NCBI GenBank assembly: GCA_039621445.1 | Contig: CP154954.1 | Coordinates: 30,446,395 to 30,510,394, forward strand | Length of the DNA stretch: 64,000 nt | Reading direction: 5' to 3' | Origin: Euglena gracilis | Taxonomy: Eukaryota | In this document: positions 39,001 to 53,149 of the stretch, piece after piece | How the letters are laid out: every line of letters starts with the position of its first letter | How positions within the stretch are numbered: position 1 is the first letter of the stretch | Notes under the pieces: model-generated | Told to the model about the DNA's origin: nothing | The model's database searches: none | What the model saw: only the letters and a program-made list of their open reading frames with translations | Translations under genes and position numbers: made by a program

Positions 39001-42000
39001 ATGGCGCTGCTGAGCGGCGGGGGGTACGCCCAGTACTGCGTGGCGGACGTGGGGTGCTGCATCCCCATCCCGGACGGTGTCTCCTGGACCGATGCGGCTG
39101 CCATCCCAGAAGTGTGAGCATTTATTTATGTGTGGGGGTGAACGTGTGCCTATGTGTGTGTGTGTGTGTGTGTGTGCTTGTGTGTGCGTGTGTGCTGTGT
39201 GTTGTGTGTTGTGTGTGTTGTTCGTGTGTGCGTGCGCGCGCGTGTGTGTGGTGTGTGTGTGTGTGTGTGGTGTGGTGTGTGTGTGTATGTGTTTGGGTAT
39301 GTGTCTGTCTGAGTGTGTGTGTGTGTGTGCGTGTGTGTGTGTGTGTGTGTCTGTGTGTGTGCGTGCGTGCGCGCGCACATGTGCGTGGTGTTTGCAGTCG
39401 GTGGTGCGTGTGCGGCAACTGCTGTGTATGCCAGATGTTTTGAACCACTTTATTTTTGTGGCCATTGTCATGCACGCAGTTGTGCCTGTTTGTGTGTGCA
39501 TGCCAGGGCATGCACACACAAACAGGCATCGCTGGCGTCGCTTAAGCTGTAGTGGACCTGATCCCGGGGGGGGGGGTGTCCAGCAGCCTTTTTCCGGCTA
39601 GCAGCATTTTCCAGCATCGCATCCCTCCATTGACGAGGTTTCGAGTAACGGAATTTTTTTCTTTGGAGTTGCAAATTGGCCAATGGGCAAAAATATGGGC
39701 TCGGGCAAAGTTTGGGTGAAAATCGGTTGCATAATTTATTTTATATTATTACTTTATATTTTTGTATTATTTGCAGTTTTGGGGGCACCCTTTTTTGGAT
39801 ACCCCGTTTGATCCAGGTCAGGACCAGTTCCACCTGAGGGACTCCCGGAGGGGGCCTTATTCAAGCCAGCCCGGATTATCCAGCCTCTGAACTGCCCCCC
39901 CCCCCCGGGGGATCCCAAGCGACGCTTTGGTGGACGCAAACTGGTGCACAGGAACGTACCCCCCCATTTAAACTGACCCCCCCTTCCAAACCGACCCATT
40001 GCAGAATTTCAACCAAAAAAAGAAGGAAACCGACCATGGCAAGTTGGCTGACAAACATGCACAACATAATGGAAGCCGCCAACAGAAGGAGCGTCCAGGC
40101 TCATCGAATAACCCCCCCCCCCCAATAAGTGCGCAGTGCCCTACTGTCACATCTCAGGTCGGAAAGCACACACAATATTCAGAACTGTCTTTCTCCAACC
40201 AAATATCTCTATCGTCCAAGCCCAAATTTGATACATAATCATTTGACTCATAGCTTGAAATCACAAAACAGCGGGAAAATTAAAAAAGAGGGGTGGAATG
40301 TAAGTATTTTCGGCTTTGCCCTAAAAAGTGCGCACTGCCCTAATAAGTGCGCACCCCTTGGGGTCTGAAACGATGTCCTTAAAATGCGCGCACCCGTGCA
40401 CTTATTTGGGGGGGGGGGCAGTTATTTTTGCATGAAATATGAGCGGATGGAGCTCTGTTTGGTTGGCGGCACAGGTGACAGTGGAATGGACGCCGCACTG
40501 GAAGCCCGAACTTCCTCATCAAACTTTTTACCAATTTTGTCCAAAGGGTTATGAACAAAGGAAGGCAAGGTGAAGGGCTTAATGCCATCAGCGGGTGAGG
40601 TGTGGGTGTATCCAAACTGAGTGAGCTTTTGGTGGCGGGTTGGTTGAATCATAAGCAAAAGAGGACAGGACGGTGGAAAGTGTATCAGACATTGGCTGTG
40701 ACAGGAGAAACATGAAGTCACCCTCTGAAACCAACCCCCCCTCCACTGACCTCCTCCAAGATTTCCGCCAACCCAAAAGTCCTAAACCGATGGTCGGTTT
40801 AAATGGGGGGGGTATGCATCCTTTTACCTGTGAATGTGCCTTGCAGCAGACACTCAAAAGTTCAATGAGCGTTGTTTAATGAAGAAGACGAAGTAGTAAG
40901 TGCCAGTTGACTCTCCAAAGCATGACCTGGGGTACATTCCTGGCAGCTGTCGTTGGAAACTTTGTTTGGAATTATGGGTTGGAATTGTGCTGCCCAGGGC
41001 AAATTTTGGGTGAAAGCAATCGGCTTTTTGCATAATTAGCAGTTTTTGCCCCTCCTCCCCCGTTTGAGCACTTGGCCCCCATCCGCAAGGATTTTTCCCC
41101 GCGCTGAAGGTTTTTTTTGGCTTTCCTTCGACCCTTTTGGCCTTTTTGGGAGGACTTTTTTTTTCAATGCTGCTCACAAATCAAAAGGGCACACAACCTT
41201 CCTCGAAGAAGGCTAACCCATGAAAAAGGGGGAAGGGGTGGGGTTGAGTATCGGGTGCTGGCCGATAAGCAGCGAGTTCGGTGTCGCAGCATCAGCTGGT
41301 GGTTCGGTCATTGTTTTGCGGAAAGCCCGTGCCACGCTGTCTCGCAGGTGTTCCTCACCGCATACCAGTGCCTCTTTCAAAACGCCAAGCTGCAGCCCGG
41401 TACGCTCGTACCCTTCGTTCTCAAACCTTCATATTTCATAAGTTAACCCCCCAAATAACACCCCCCCCCCCGGTGTGTTATTTGGGCACCCGAGCTGGGG
41501 CCCCGGGGGGGGGGGGGGGTATTTGGGGGGTGCTATTTTTACATGGAAAACCAAACTAAAACAGGGGGGGGGTGTTATTTAGGCGCTCTAAATCGGCCCC
41601 CCGAGGGGGGGGGATGTTATTTGGGGGGTTTAAATACCCGCCCCTGGGAAACTGTCATGCACGAGAACCTGTCAGGGTCCTGCCGGGAAACTGTCAGGGT
41701 TCCTGGTACCGGCCAACCTTCTCAGGGTCATTTTCATTGACTTTCCCTTGAAATTCCCAACCCGTGAAACTGTCAGGGTCCTTGGCACTGGCCAACCTGT
41801 CAGCATAGGAAGTTGACAGGGTCCCTTATACCGGCCAACCTGTCAGGTAACAGTTTCCCGGGGGGGGGGGTAGGTGCAAAATGAAATTTTTTCACTGTGG
41901 AATCCTTTTTTTGTGATGGAGAAGAGGACGGCATTGCAGGAAGTGTTCAGGGGGGCAAGTGCGTTTCGCATTTTTGTGCATTTTTTTGATTTTTACTACA

Positions 42001-45000
42001 TTTTGTTTGATTTTTTGGCACATTTTCTCCCGCTTTTCCCAATTTTTTTTGCATTTTTGACCATTTCTTTGCAATTTTTTTTTATAAACTGGCATTTTCC
42101 TCATAATTTCATACAATATTTGTAAATGCCTCATTTTTGGGGTATTTTCGATTTTTGCGCCTTTTCTCTCACTTTTGAGCATTTTTTGTGCATTTTTTTC
42201 GCATTTTCGCGCATTTTTTTCCCGCATTTTTGCACATTTTTTTTCGAGTCCGGGCTGCCGCATCCCCCCCCTTTGAACCATCTTTCCAGTGTAGAAAAGA
42301 TCAACTCATTGTTGTTACCCTAAAGCTGATGAGGAAACCTAAATCAGGAAGTTTCTTTCCTTTGGATAAGAGGAATTCATTGTTATTAAGCTAAAGTCTT
42401 TTCACAGTGCATTTACGGCAGTGTTATTCAATAGTGTGGGTCCCCAAGGAGGGTTTTTGTTGATGTGGAGTGTAAACCCCCAACCAAACAATAATCCTTC
42501 CCATACTGCAAAAAAAAACAGAAATCATTTTGTGTGTCCAGTGGTTGTAAATGCATTTGCCAGAGATTTTACACAGCCAATCAAGGTGATGTAGTGTTTT
42601 TTTTCTTCTTCAAAAAACAAAATTTAAGAATTGTCCCGGGATTTCAAGAATTGTGAAAGTGACATGCCAACCCGTCAGTGTAAATGAGGGGGGTTTAGGA
42701 TAAACCCCCCTCCCCAAATGGCCTGGCGGGAGTCATCTTTTTTTGCCTGTCCCCCGCCAAGTTATTCGGCCACCACAGGAGCAAGGCTATTTGGGGGGGG
42801 GGGGTCAGGCATTCCACAACCTCATAATTGTGCCGTATTTTTCTCGCATCTGAACATTCTTTTCACTTTACAGTTGTATTTGGCCTTCTAAGAGTGAATC
42901 GCGTTTTTGAGAGAAAAAAAATTCTAGAATGGGGAGCTGTGGGTGTTCTGTGAGTGTGTCTCAATGCAATTTTGCCCTCATTTTTGCCCAACTTTTTGAA
43001 TTTTCTGGATAATCCCGCTGGGCACCATTTTTCAGGGCAGAAGGTGTCATTTTCCTCGATTCTGCTCGTGATCTTCTTTTCAGCACTTCGTGTAGGGTGT
43101 GTATTTTGTTGACAAATCAAAGCCCCCAGGAGATGTGGAGGTGTGGGGGAAAGAGGTTGTATTGGGGGGAGGGGGTGCACTTCAAATTGATTCCCCAGTG
43201 TCACGTTTCATTTCACACTACAAGCCACCCCACCATGACACATGTCATTGTTTCTTCTTGTACCACAAACGCCGCCCCCCCCCCCCCCCTCTGCGGTGCC
43301 CAGCCGGAGTCTCCCCCACAGGGCAGAGCGTGTTGATCCACGCGGGGGCCAGCTCGGTCGGCATCGCCGCCATCCAGCTGAGCCGCGCGGCCACTGCCCA
43401 GCACGTCATCACCACGTCCTCCGCCAGCAAAGTGGAGGTGTCCGCCAGGCCAGCCACTTTTCCATTTTAGGGCCTACCCCACCCCCGGGAGGGGGGGGGC
43501 TTTTGGCCAGTCAGTCACTTTGCATTTCACTTTGCAAAAACAAGTCAGTCACTCCCTTGGGGGGGGGGGGGATGGGACAGCAATGGTATGCCAGTGGTGC
43601 ATCTCACCTCACAGACACCCCCTCTCAGCCGAAGGCGCCGGAATTTTTTTGGAATTCTTTGAGACTTTTGGGCAATAGTGCCTTGCCAACATAAGCGCAG
43701 TCAAGAGTGGCCGATCCCCCCCCGGGGGGGGGTAAAGTGACTGACTGGTTGTTGTTGTTTTTTTTTGGAAAAAGTGACTGACTGATTTTTTCAGAGTGGA
43801 AAGTGGCCCCCCTCCCTGGCCCCCGGGGGTCGCTAAGCAGTGGTATGACCATTGGTACGGTCAGTCTCCAACTCCCCCTCACCTCCTGTAGCCTACCGGG
43901 TCCATGAGCCCCCCCCCCCTGGGGGGTAAAAACTTTGTGACCAATTGCCGAACTCGTTTCACAATTTGTCAAAGATTTTGGCATAGTTGTTTGTGATTAT
44001 GTTTAGTTAAATAACATGTCTTCCACCCATCGCTAAATTAAAATCCCTTTTCCATTTATGGGCAGTTTTCGATGTCATTTCGAATTGCTTGTTTTTCTGT
44101 GATGAATTTTGTTGACGACTGTGGTCGTTGTTGTTTTTTGCAAACGACGGTGGTTAGGCGTGGGATAAAAATTCGCAAAGTAGAAAGTTTACATTCCGTC
44201 AAGAATTGCAAACTCTTGGAGCAATGAGGAATAATGGGCGGAAAACCCACAAAACATTGTTGGGAAAATGAAAGGTCTTCCGTGTCTGGCCTGCCTGGTG
44301 GACTCAAAACTGCAACCCAAAAACATTATTTCCACAGAGAAGAGACCTTGACCATGGATTCACTCAACTGTGTGGCCCACCGCCCCAGGGGGTGAGTGGG
44401 TTTTTAAGGGTGGGTGGGTGGGTTGGGGCCTCCCGACCCCCCCCCCCCAGGGGGTGTGCCATGGGTCAGGTTTTTGCATTGCCGAAGGCCGGGCTGGATT
44501 TTTTTCTGCGTTTTCGGCCGGTTTTGGTTGGATTTTGGGTGTGTGTGTGTGGGTGGGTGGTAGACCCCCACAAGGGGGGGGTAGCAGGGGGGTGTTGCTT
44601 TTCGAAAAAAAGTGCGTGGGTTCATGGGTGGGTTTGGACCCGGGGAAAAGTCCCCCCCCCCTCTGGAGTCACAAACTGAATCTATGATCTTGACCCCCCC
44701 ATTGGTATGTAATTTTTCATAATGCTTTACGTGCGAATTGCCCCGAAATGGTGAATTGTGGGGAGATGTGATGTTCTTCTGTGTTTGTCATTTGAAAATG
44801 TCTGCCTAAAAGTATATTGGCATTTTGGTGGGGCAGGGGTTGTTTGACTTAAATTTATCAAAGCGATATTCCTCGCCTTCAAATTGTACTGTTTTGCCCT
44901 CTCTCGATGCCCTGGTGGTGAGAGTTGTTCGATTTCGTCTCGTTGCAGGTTTGCAAGAAGTATGGTGCAACCACCGCTCTTTCCCATCACGGCTGCCTGT

Positions 45001-48000
45001 TCTCCTGTAAATCCTTCACGAAGTCATAACATGATAACTTGTGAGTTGTGGATTTGCTTAGATGTTGGTTTTCGTTTGATGATTTTGCTTACTGCTATTT
45101 GGGAGTTGCCATCCCAATTCTGCCCATAGCAAGCACTCCCCCCTCCTGGGGAGGCCCCCCCAGGGGGGTGGGTGGGTGGGGGGGACCCCCCCGGTCTTAA
45201 AAAAAAAACCCCTGATGGGGGTCCCATCCATCCATCCACACCGGTGTCTTTGGCGGTGCCCCAGCACTGGTCTGCCCTCCCCCCAACGCCGGCAGCCGGG
45301 CCCGACAGCCCACCGGTCCCCACGCCCCGGCCAGGGCAGCCCAGTCCCCCGACCGGCAGGCCTCCCCTACGCGCCTTCAGCCAAACATGCCCCCGCGGAA
45401 ATGTCGGTCGGTTGGGGCCCAAAGGCAAAAAAAAATTCTACCCCCCCCCCTGTGTGCACTGTGGCTGTTTGTTTGGTGCCTTTTATCCCTTCTTCTGGCC
45501 TGGCGCTGTTTTTCGCCTCTTGCCACTCCCCCCCCCCCCGGGAAATTGACACCTCCCAGTTTGGCAAATACCGGGGACCCGGAGAATTTTCTGGAACCCA
45601 CCGGGTTCTCGTGGTTGGTGTCATACCTTTTTCCTTGGCCAAATGCCTCGGGGGGAGGTCCCCAACCGTTTCCCGCCCCGCCGCTGGAGGGTGCCTTGCA
45701 CCGGATCTTCGCCGCGGACGTGCAGGACGTGGTGGGGGCCCACGGGGTGGACGTCATCCTGGACCCGGTGTTCGGGAACTACATGCAGGAGAACGCGGAG
45801 GTGCTGGCGGTGGACGGGACCATCGTCATCATCGCCATGATGGGCGGTGTGCCCTCCCAGCCCACCGCAGATTCGTCCAAAAAAGGCCGCCTGAAAGGTA
45901 TTGGCAGGACTTTTGCCTGCCAAATTAGTCCACACAGCTTTTATACCCCCCTTCTGCAAGAGCCGCAACAGCAGGGTCGCTCTTGCAGGGCAGCAACATT
46001 CAGCTCTGTATCAGAACATGTTCAGGTCTGCAGAACCCCAGTTTCTTTTAAACTCCCGTTCTGTCCTCGGCCAACTTTTAACACCATTTTCTTTCTTCGC
46101 TTGGATGACATCACGATAGTCATTTTCATCCTACTGCATAACATTTGGCTGATTATTTTCCTCTGGTGCTTTCCCTGTCGTCCAGATTGAATGTGTGTGT
46201 GCAGCTAATGGCAATTGTGAAAATGGGGCGGCCCTGTTTAGCCAAAGTAGCTCTGTCATTGTGGGCTTGAGATTGGGAACAGAGAACCCTGCATTCCAAA
46301 CCGTGGGCGGAGAATCATTGGGATTTGTTGAACGTGCCCCCCCCCCCCCCCGGGGTTCATGCGGGGTTTGGGGTGGGCGGTCCCCGCGGACCGCTGTGCC
46401 TCCCCTCGGCAGGGTCCACCATTGACCCGCCGGCCAGCATGCCCACCCTCTTCCGCAAGCGGGCCACACTGAAGTTCTCAACGCTGCGGAACACCAGTGT
46501 GTCCCCCGGCGGATGGACCCTCTCCCGCAGCATCGTGCCGTGCCAGGGTGTCAGTATATTCACAAAGCTGGGACAAAGATAAGAACTTCGGAACTTTTTT
46601 TTCTGATAGTCAGCATATCGCCAATGTCCGCCAGCCACCTCAGACCCCCCTCCCAAACAGGGTGGTCCGTAAGGGACGGGATTTTTTTTTTTAAGTTAAG
46701 GACCGCCCCCCACCACCTCTTCCCGTATTTCCGGGAGCACCAATTTTTGGACCCGAAAATTTTTTTCCATCGCCTTCGGCGCCAGGTGTTTTTTGCCCCA
46801 TTTCGGGACTCATATGGGAGGTCCCCCCCAAAAACCCCTCAAAAACCCCATTTTTTCACACCTTCCAAAATTCAACATTTTCTCAAAATTTTGATTTTGA
46901 GAGGTTTTTGAAGCAAAAAAAATGTCATTGAAAATCCAAAAAATTTCACAGAGAAAAAAAATGTCAGTAAAATTTGGCTGAGCCATAATTTGGTCCATTT
47001 TTTTTGACCTTCGTTTTTTTTTTTCACCCCCCTCCTAAAAACTACGAATTTTTAACCCTGGAATTTTTGATATTTTTTTGGGAAAAATACGGTTTTCCAT
47101 CAAAAAATCATGTATTTGGGTTCATTTTTCAAAATAATTTTCAAAAATTTTCCCCAGCCAAAATCCCCGTTTTCCCAAAATTGGTGAAAATCTGTGGTGG
47201 GTCCTTATTTTTCGGTTGAAGTGCATTGGGACATATATTTTTTTTTAGTTAGGGACCGTCCTGCTCCCAAATAGTTCACACAGGACAGGCTTCCACACCA
47301 TGCTCATGTGGGTGGGTCCCGTCAGGGGGATTGCACCTCGGGTCAAGTTCAAAGGCTGGCCAAAAATTTCATTGAAGGGTGTGCCACTGTTTTTTGTGCC
47401 ACCCCCAGGGATCTGAACAAATTATTTTTGCACGTATCAGTTTCATGACCAATCTTCAATCGGCTCACCCGGGGTTCTGCAAGGATGTAAAAGTCATATT
47501 GTCCAGAAAAAAAGCTTTTTTTTCGGGCGTGATAAACTGCGGGAATTTGCAAATTCCCAGAAATCGCTCCTCCATCACCCAGAGTCACAGGGATTGGAAA
47601 GGTGGGAACACCAAGGACTTCCACCTGAATGAGCTCCCGGCTTGGAAAGGAGGGAGGACCATTGGGCCATCCGGTGCCATCGCGGGAAGAAGGAAGATTG
47701 GCATCCGGGTGGGTGGATTGCGGTGATCAGCGTCGCTGAGAACGAATGTTGGCAACGTGCTCCCTTGTAAGATAATGATACCTGACACCTTCCCTATTGG
47801 AAGGTGGTCTCCCGAAAAGAATTGGCCTCGGGTGCTCGCCAATTTGGGCCTACCCGAAGAACAAAGCTCTTTCGGGGTACAACTCCCTGCAAGGCCAGGT
47901 CGGCGACAGGCACCTACGGCCGACCAGGACCGACCACGGCCGACCAGGGCCGACCAGGGCCGACCAGGGCCGACTATGGTTTTCAGGACCCCCATAGGTG

Positions 48001-48866
48001 GGGGTTCCGACCAGGGCCGACCAGGGCCGACCAGGGCCGACTAGGGCCGACCAGGGCCGACTTGCATGTGGTTGGCCGACCGAAGGGGAATGGATGAAAG
48101 AATTCGGCAGCTTTGCCTCTGGAACAAGCACCTCTGATGATGTTGGGCGATGCAGGGCGATGCTGGGTGATTCTGGATTTTTGGAGACCAGCGGTTGGGT
48201 TCTGATGCGGCGATGCAGGGCGATGCTGGGTGATGCTGGCAGTTTTTTGTATATATTTTGAAGAACTAAACCCATCTTTGGATAATTTTCTCACAAATCT
48301 CCAGTTTTACACCCATTTTGGGCTATTATGGATCAGTTTTTGCTAATTTGGGGGCTATTTATCACTGATTGGGCAAATATTGGGCTAATTTGGGTCAATC
48401 TGAGCATTTTTTATGGCATTTTGGCCATTTTGCGCCCTCTTGGTAATTTTTGGGTCATTTTTCACAATCTTTTGTGGATTTTGTTGGCATTTTTGGGTAA
48501 TTTTTGGTTATTTCAAGCCATTTTAGGTCATTTTGGTTGCTTTTGGGGAGCCAATGGAGGCCTTATGGGGCACTTCCTTTTGATCTTGGCGAGACAATTC
48601 AGAAAATCATTGCATCCCCCCTTCACATTTTTTCTGTGACGGATACCCCCACCTATGGCCGACTATTTGCCGACCAGGGCCGACCAGGGCCGACCAGGGC
48701 CGACCAGGGCCGACCAGGGCCGACCAGAGCACCAAAATGGGAAGTGACCATAGGTGCCTGGTCGGCGAGCACAGGCCCAGAGGCCAATTTCTCAGGCAAG
48801 ACAGGAGTTCGCCTGACCCTCCTATCAAATTAATTTCCAATCAAAAAAAAACCCTGCATATATAAT

Positions 48867-48941
<75 letters not shown>

Positions 48942-50963
48942 CTGATATATTAACCCCCCCCCAAAAAGACTTGGGTCTTATTTTTGGGTCCATTGCTGGA
49001 AACCTCCAGGGGGGGTGTTATATTTGGGGGGTCTTATTTTTGGTTTTTTCTTGACCGACCCAAGCCCGAAAAAACATCATTTTTCAGGTTCAGCAGTAAA
49101 AATTTTCCTTCGGCTCTTCGTGCCATGTGTAAATCGGTGTAAGTTGACATTTGGCATGTTTTTTTTGAACTTCAAAAATCTGAAATTTTTTGAAATTTCA
49201 TTATTTTTGTCTGTGAAATTGGGGATTTTGGTAATTTTTCAGGGAAAATTTTCACCGTCTTCGGCGCTTTGCGCCGTCAGGGGGGTCTTATTTTTGGATT
49301 TTTGCTCGTTCGGCCCAGAGGGGAGGGGGGGTGTTATTTTTGGGGGGTTCTTATTTTTTGGAGGGGGGCTAAAAATGTATTTTGTATAGTTTATTCTTAA
49401 TTGTTACATTAGAATCAAAAGTTTAAACAGAGGGGGAGATCGTGGGTGGGCGAGGTTTTTGGGGTTGTCGTGGTGTTTTTGGGCCCAGGGGGCCGTGCCC
49501 CACCCCTGCCGGCCCCAGGCAAGGCGTACAAGGCGGCGCTGGTGCGGGACTTCTGGGCCTTCTCGGAGCCGCTGTTCCGCACGGGCCAACTCCACCTGGG
49601 GGCCCCCCTGTGCCCCCCCCCCCTGCCTGGCCCTCACCCCCCCCCCCCTCCACCGCGCCGCCCAACCCTCATCTGGGGTTGGCAGACCTCGGGGGATTTT
49701 TTTTAAGTCTGGGGGGTGGATCGTGAGCCTGTTCACAATTTACAGGGCTTTGTATATTTTGGGGGTCCAAGTAATGCCCTGATAATCGTGAACAGAAACC
49801 GTTTCTACAAAGAAACCCACATCTGGATCCGGGATTCTGTCCGGGAAACCCAGAAAACAAGAGATGGGCTTACGTCCAAGCTATTGGGGGATGCTTTGGG
49901 TTTTGGGGGGGGGACCCGAAGGCCCCCCCCCCCAAAGGCCCTCACAATGCTTGGACCAAAGGCAATTTTCAGTTTAGAGCCCAAGGGTGGTTTCCGTTCA
50001 GTTCACCATACCATTCCATTGTGTTCCATTCTGTTTTAATTCTGTGGCCATCTGTTGAAAGCCCTTCGAACCAGTTGCAACAGGGCAACTGAATTGCGAA
50101 ATCTGACCAACAGATAGTTCAAATTTCAGATCACTCGATCGGACAGAAACAAGAGTGCTATGCAGCGTGGCTGAATTCTGTGGCGGTCTGTCGAAAGCCT
50201 TCGGGAAGACTTTTGTGCAACAGTTTCCTGAGTTTGTATTTAATCAAAATTCTCTTCACAATTTCAAGCCCTAATAATCGTGAACAGCCTGTTCACGATT
50301 ATCAGGGCGTTATTTGGGGGGGTCCAAACAACGCCCTGCAATTCACGTTCATGTCCACGAAATTCAGGGCAGGCGCCGGGCCTCTGTTCCCAGTGACAAA
50401 GAGGGAGGATGAGACAACTTGGAGAAATCCTCATTTCACAATTGGTCGAATGGTATTCAAGCCAGGCACTCATTAATGTCTAACAGTTTTCAAGACGGGC
50501 GCGACGCTATAAAACGGTTTTCAGAGTGGCGCCGTTTTCTTGGTGAAAAGAAAAACAAAAACGCCAAAAAAGCCACCGTACGGGTTTTGAATCGTCGAAC
50601 GTTGAACACAGGCGTGCGGTGTTTCGACTTAGCCGTTTGTGGGCTATTTTTTCGTGGGTGGGTGGGTGAGCCGGACCCCCTCCCCCTGGGGGATACCCCA
50701 AGGGCCTCGTGGGTCCCAACCGGAAGTGCGCCGAATTCTTTGGCCCCGGACCCCGGGGGGTACCCCTGGGTGGGTGGGGGGCACCCCCCGGTCTGAAAGA
50801 AAGCTCCCCGGACGGGCGCCGGCGAGAGAGGGGCCCCCCGCCCCGGCCGGTGGTGCACGCGGTGCTGCCGTGGACGGAGGCGGGGGCGGCCCACGAGCTG
50901 ATGGAGGCGAACCGGACGGAGGGGAAGGTGGTGCTGCTGGTGGAGGCCCCTGAGGCGGCGTGA
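32918..50963 (+). CDS. NADPH:quinone oxidoreductase, PIG3/TP53I3-like (MDR superfamily), with probable mitochondrial presequence
   Basis: Exons 32918-32998, 35395-35525, 38514-38566, 38930-39111, 41348-41399, 43322-43437, 44949-~44984, ~45704-45846, 46413-46496, 49519-49592 and 50844-50963. Motifs: [117 protein letters not shown]. The junction 44985-45703 is unresolved. Confidence 0.92.
35526..38513 (+). other. Nonconventional hairpin intron (3 kb, quinone oxidoreductase gene)
   Basis: agtCAGAGGCCCC / GGGGACGCTGagggc. Removal restores the conserved [10 protein letters not shown]. No AG at the 3' end. Confidence 0.8.
37978..38198. mobile_element. TA-flanked MITE
   Basis: TA(C)nAATAGAAGCACGGG ... 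CCCGCGCTTCTATTA(G)nTTA. A similar element is at ~40109-40420. Confidence 0.6.
39130..39420. repeat. Degenerate (GT)n microsatellite
   Basis: Direct reading. Confidence 0.9.
41443..41873. mobile_element. Two adjacent palindromic TA-type MITEs
   Basis: ~41443-41635 (AACCCCCCAAATAACA inverted) abuts ~41636-41873 (GGGAAACTG / CAGTTTCCC inverted). Confidence 0.55.
46658..47263. mobile_element. hAT-like MITE
   Basis: TIR CAGGGTGGTCC / GGACCGTCCTG; perfect TSD CTCCCAAA. Confidence 0.85.
47907..48760. mobile_element. Non-autonomous hAT element with subterminal GCCGACCAGG arrays
   Basis: TIR CAGGCACCTAYGGYC; perfect TSD GTCGGCGA; internal inverted repeat CATAGGTGGGGG (47993, 48657). Interior is homologous to ~62380-62760. 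Confidence 0.88.
49593..50843 (+). other. Nonconventional hairpin intron (boundaries approximate)
   Basis: No GT-AG. Stem CTGGGGGCCCC / GGGGCCCCCCG. Removal gives TGQLRPVVH. Confidence 0.65.
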
Positions 50964-53149
50964 GGCGGCGCCCCCCCCCCCCCCACCGGTGCCCTACATG
51001 GCACGTGCCCCGCGCACCGTTCCCCCAGCCCGGCTCGACCTGGGGAGACCATCAGGGCCCTCTCCCTGGCGAGAGGCTGAACAGGGGGGGGGGGCAGACC
51101 ACGACTCTCCAAAGCAACGATTTGTATAAGTTAACCACATTTAATGCAGTTGTGAGACCAAGGGATTGATATTCTTTTTTGGGTTGGGGGGGATTGGTGT
51201 CGGTCTTCAATAAACGCGACTCAACAAGATTTGGAAGACTCCAGAAAACTGGTACATCCGATTACAAAAGTTTCAGTCAGGGCATGCTGCAGGCATGGCT
51301 GATGCCTAAATTGGCATAATGCACAAAACCTGTGCAGGAGGAGACTCGCACGAAATCAGCGTTGTAAGTATTCTGGGTCAATTCATCAAGACACCAATGG
51401 TTACTCTAAATCTTAGTTAGAATTGTAATTAAAATAGGCTTGGGGACAACTGCTTTGAGGACCACGTGCCTTTTCAGCATTTTGAGGAATCTGTAGAAAT
51501 TTATTTAGTCTGCAGTTCCAAAATAATTCTTATTTTATTCATTAAAAGTTGTGTCACCATGAGCAAAACGTCACCACAATATGCGAAATAAATTGCATAA
51601 TGTTCCGGAACAACCCGGAATCAAACCCCTGAATAAATGAGTGTCAAAAGCGAAGCCTTCTGGAGGAATACCAACACATATTTTTCCCCAGGGGGTTGGA
51701 GTGCACACCAAAGAAGGAAGCTCACCCGCCAGTCAACGACGCTGTGCTTTGTACAGCAGTTTTGTCATCAGTCCATCACCGCCGACAGAATAGCTAGTTA
51801 TTGTTGTGCTGCCTTTGGTCGGTGTTCGTGCCTCTTCAAGGATCATCAAATTTTGACAGGTCAGCGTGGTGGGCATTTTTCCGCTCAATCGCTGCAAGTT
51901 CCGGCAGAAAGCACCCCCTCCAGCCCCCTCCAGAACTCCCTTGCACTCCCTTGTACTCCTTCCAAAAGGCACTCCGAATTCAATGCCCTGGCTTCTTTTT
52001 ATGTCAACTCACCCCCAATTCGCAGCCCAGCTAAGATGGCCCCGGAAGAGGAGCCGGTTGGCTGCCCCCCCCCCCCCCCGTCCTGGCCCCTGCCCCCACG
52101 CCCCCTGAGGCTCCCCATCCCCCCAGCCCGGAGCTATAAATTACAAGCGTGGCCCGCTAATTGACAGCAACGGATGGTGCCAGCCGATCACATGGCACCT
52201 AAGCTGTGGGGTCCCAATCTAAGTCCAAATCTCCAGCGATTAAATATTAGTTTGGGGATGGTTTGGCTGGTAGACTGAGGGAGGGGAATCAAGTGAACGA
52301 TTAATCCAAAACACCCAAAATGTTGGACTGTCTGTCTTTTGGCATCGAAATGCCGGAAATGGCAAAAAACAAAAAGCCTCTGTGGCACTTGTGTTCTGAA
52401 ACTGTCAGCCTGCGAACGTGTCGGGGTTTCTGGCATGGAAATTTGTTCGGGCCCCTTGGTATTAGCCAACCCGCAGGGACCAATCAATTTCCTGAAACCA
52501 CCCTGCCGGAATTGTGCCAGCAGCCTGCCCAGGAGCCTCGTGAGGCGTCCCCCGGCGACCAACGGTTGATCAAGTTCGAGGACGGACGAGGGGAAATTTG
52601 ATTAAATAGGCATCGAGGGAGAATTCAGAATTTTTTTCGAAAAAAAACATAGAATGCCGAATTACTTTGTTATAACACCCCAAAGAAGAAACAGCCACTG
52701 GGAGGGTCCTTCGTTTTTTCACAATAAAGGGGGGTTATTAGCGCGTTTGGTGGGCCAGCCCGGGGATTAATGAGTGGTATGAGTGGGGGGGGGGGTGGAT
52801 GGGCAACATCCTTTCACATAAACCGCGTGTCAGAACAGACCCAGCTGTACGGTTTTGCAGAGAGGGCAGAATTTAAGTCCGCCGCCCCCCCCCCATAGCC
52901 GTGACCCCATGTTTTACTTTTTTTTTTTTTCCTGGGTGGACCCGGGTTCACCGTTAGCTGCAACGTATCATTACCCACTTCTGTTTGGTGGTTTGACTCC
53001 CTGGGGCCACCCACCAACCCAGATCCGTGCAACCGTCTGGGGTGTTCAAAAGGGAGGGGGGTTAGTGGGGGGAGGCACGGGGGGGATCGCGGGCCTGGGA
53101 GGCCGGCCCTGTAGGTGTCGCTCACAGGAACGTAGGGGCCCCGTCACGG

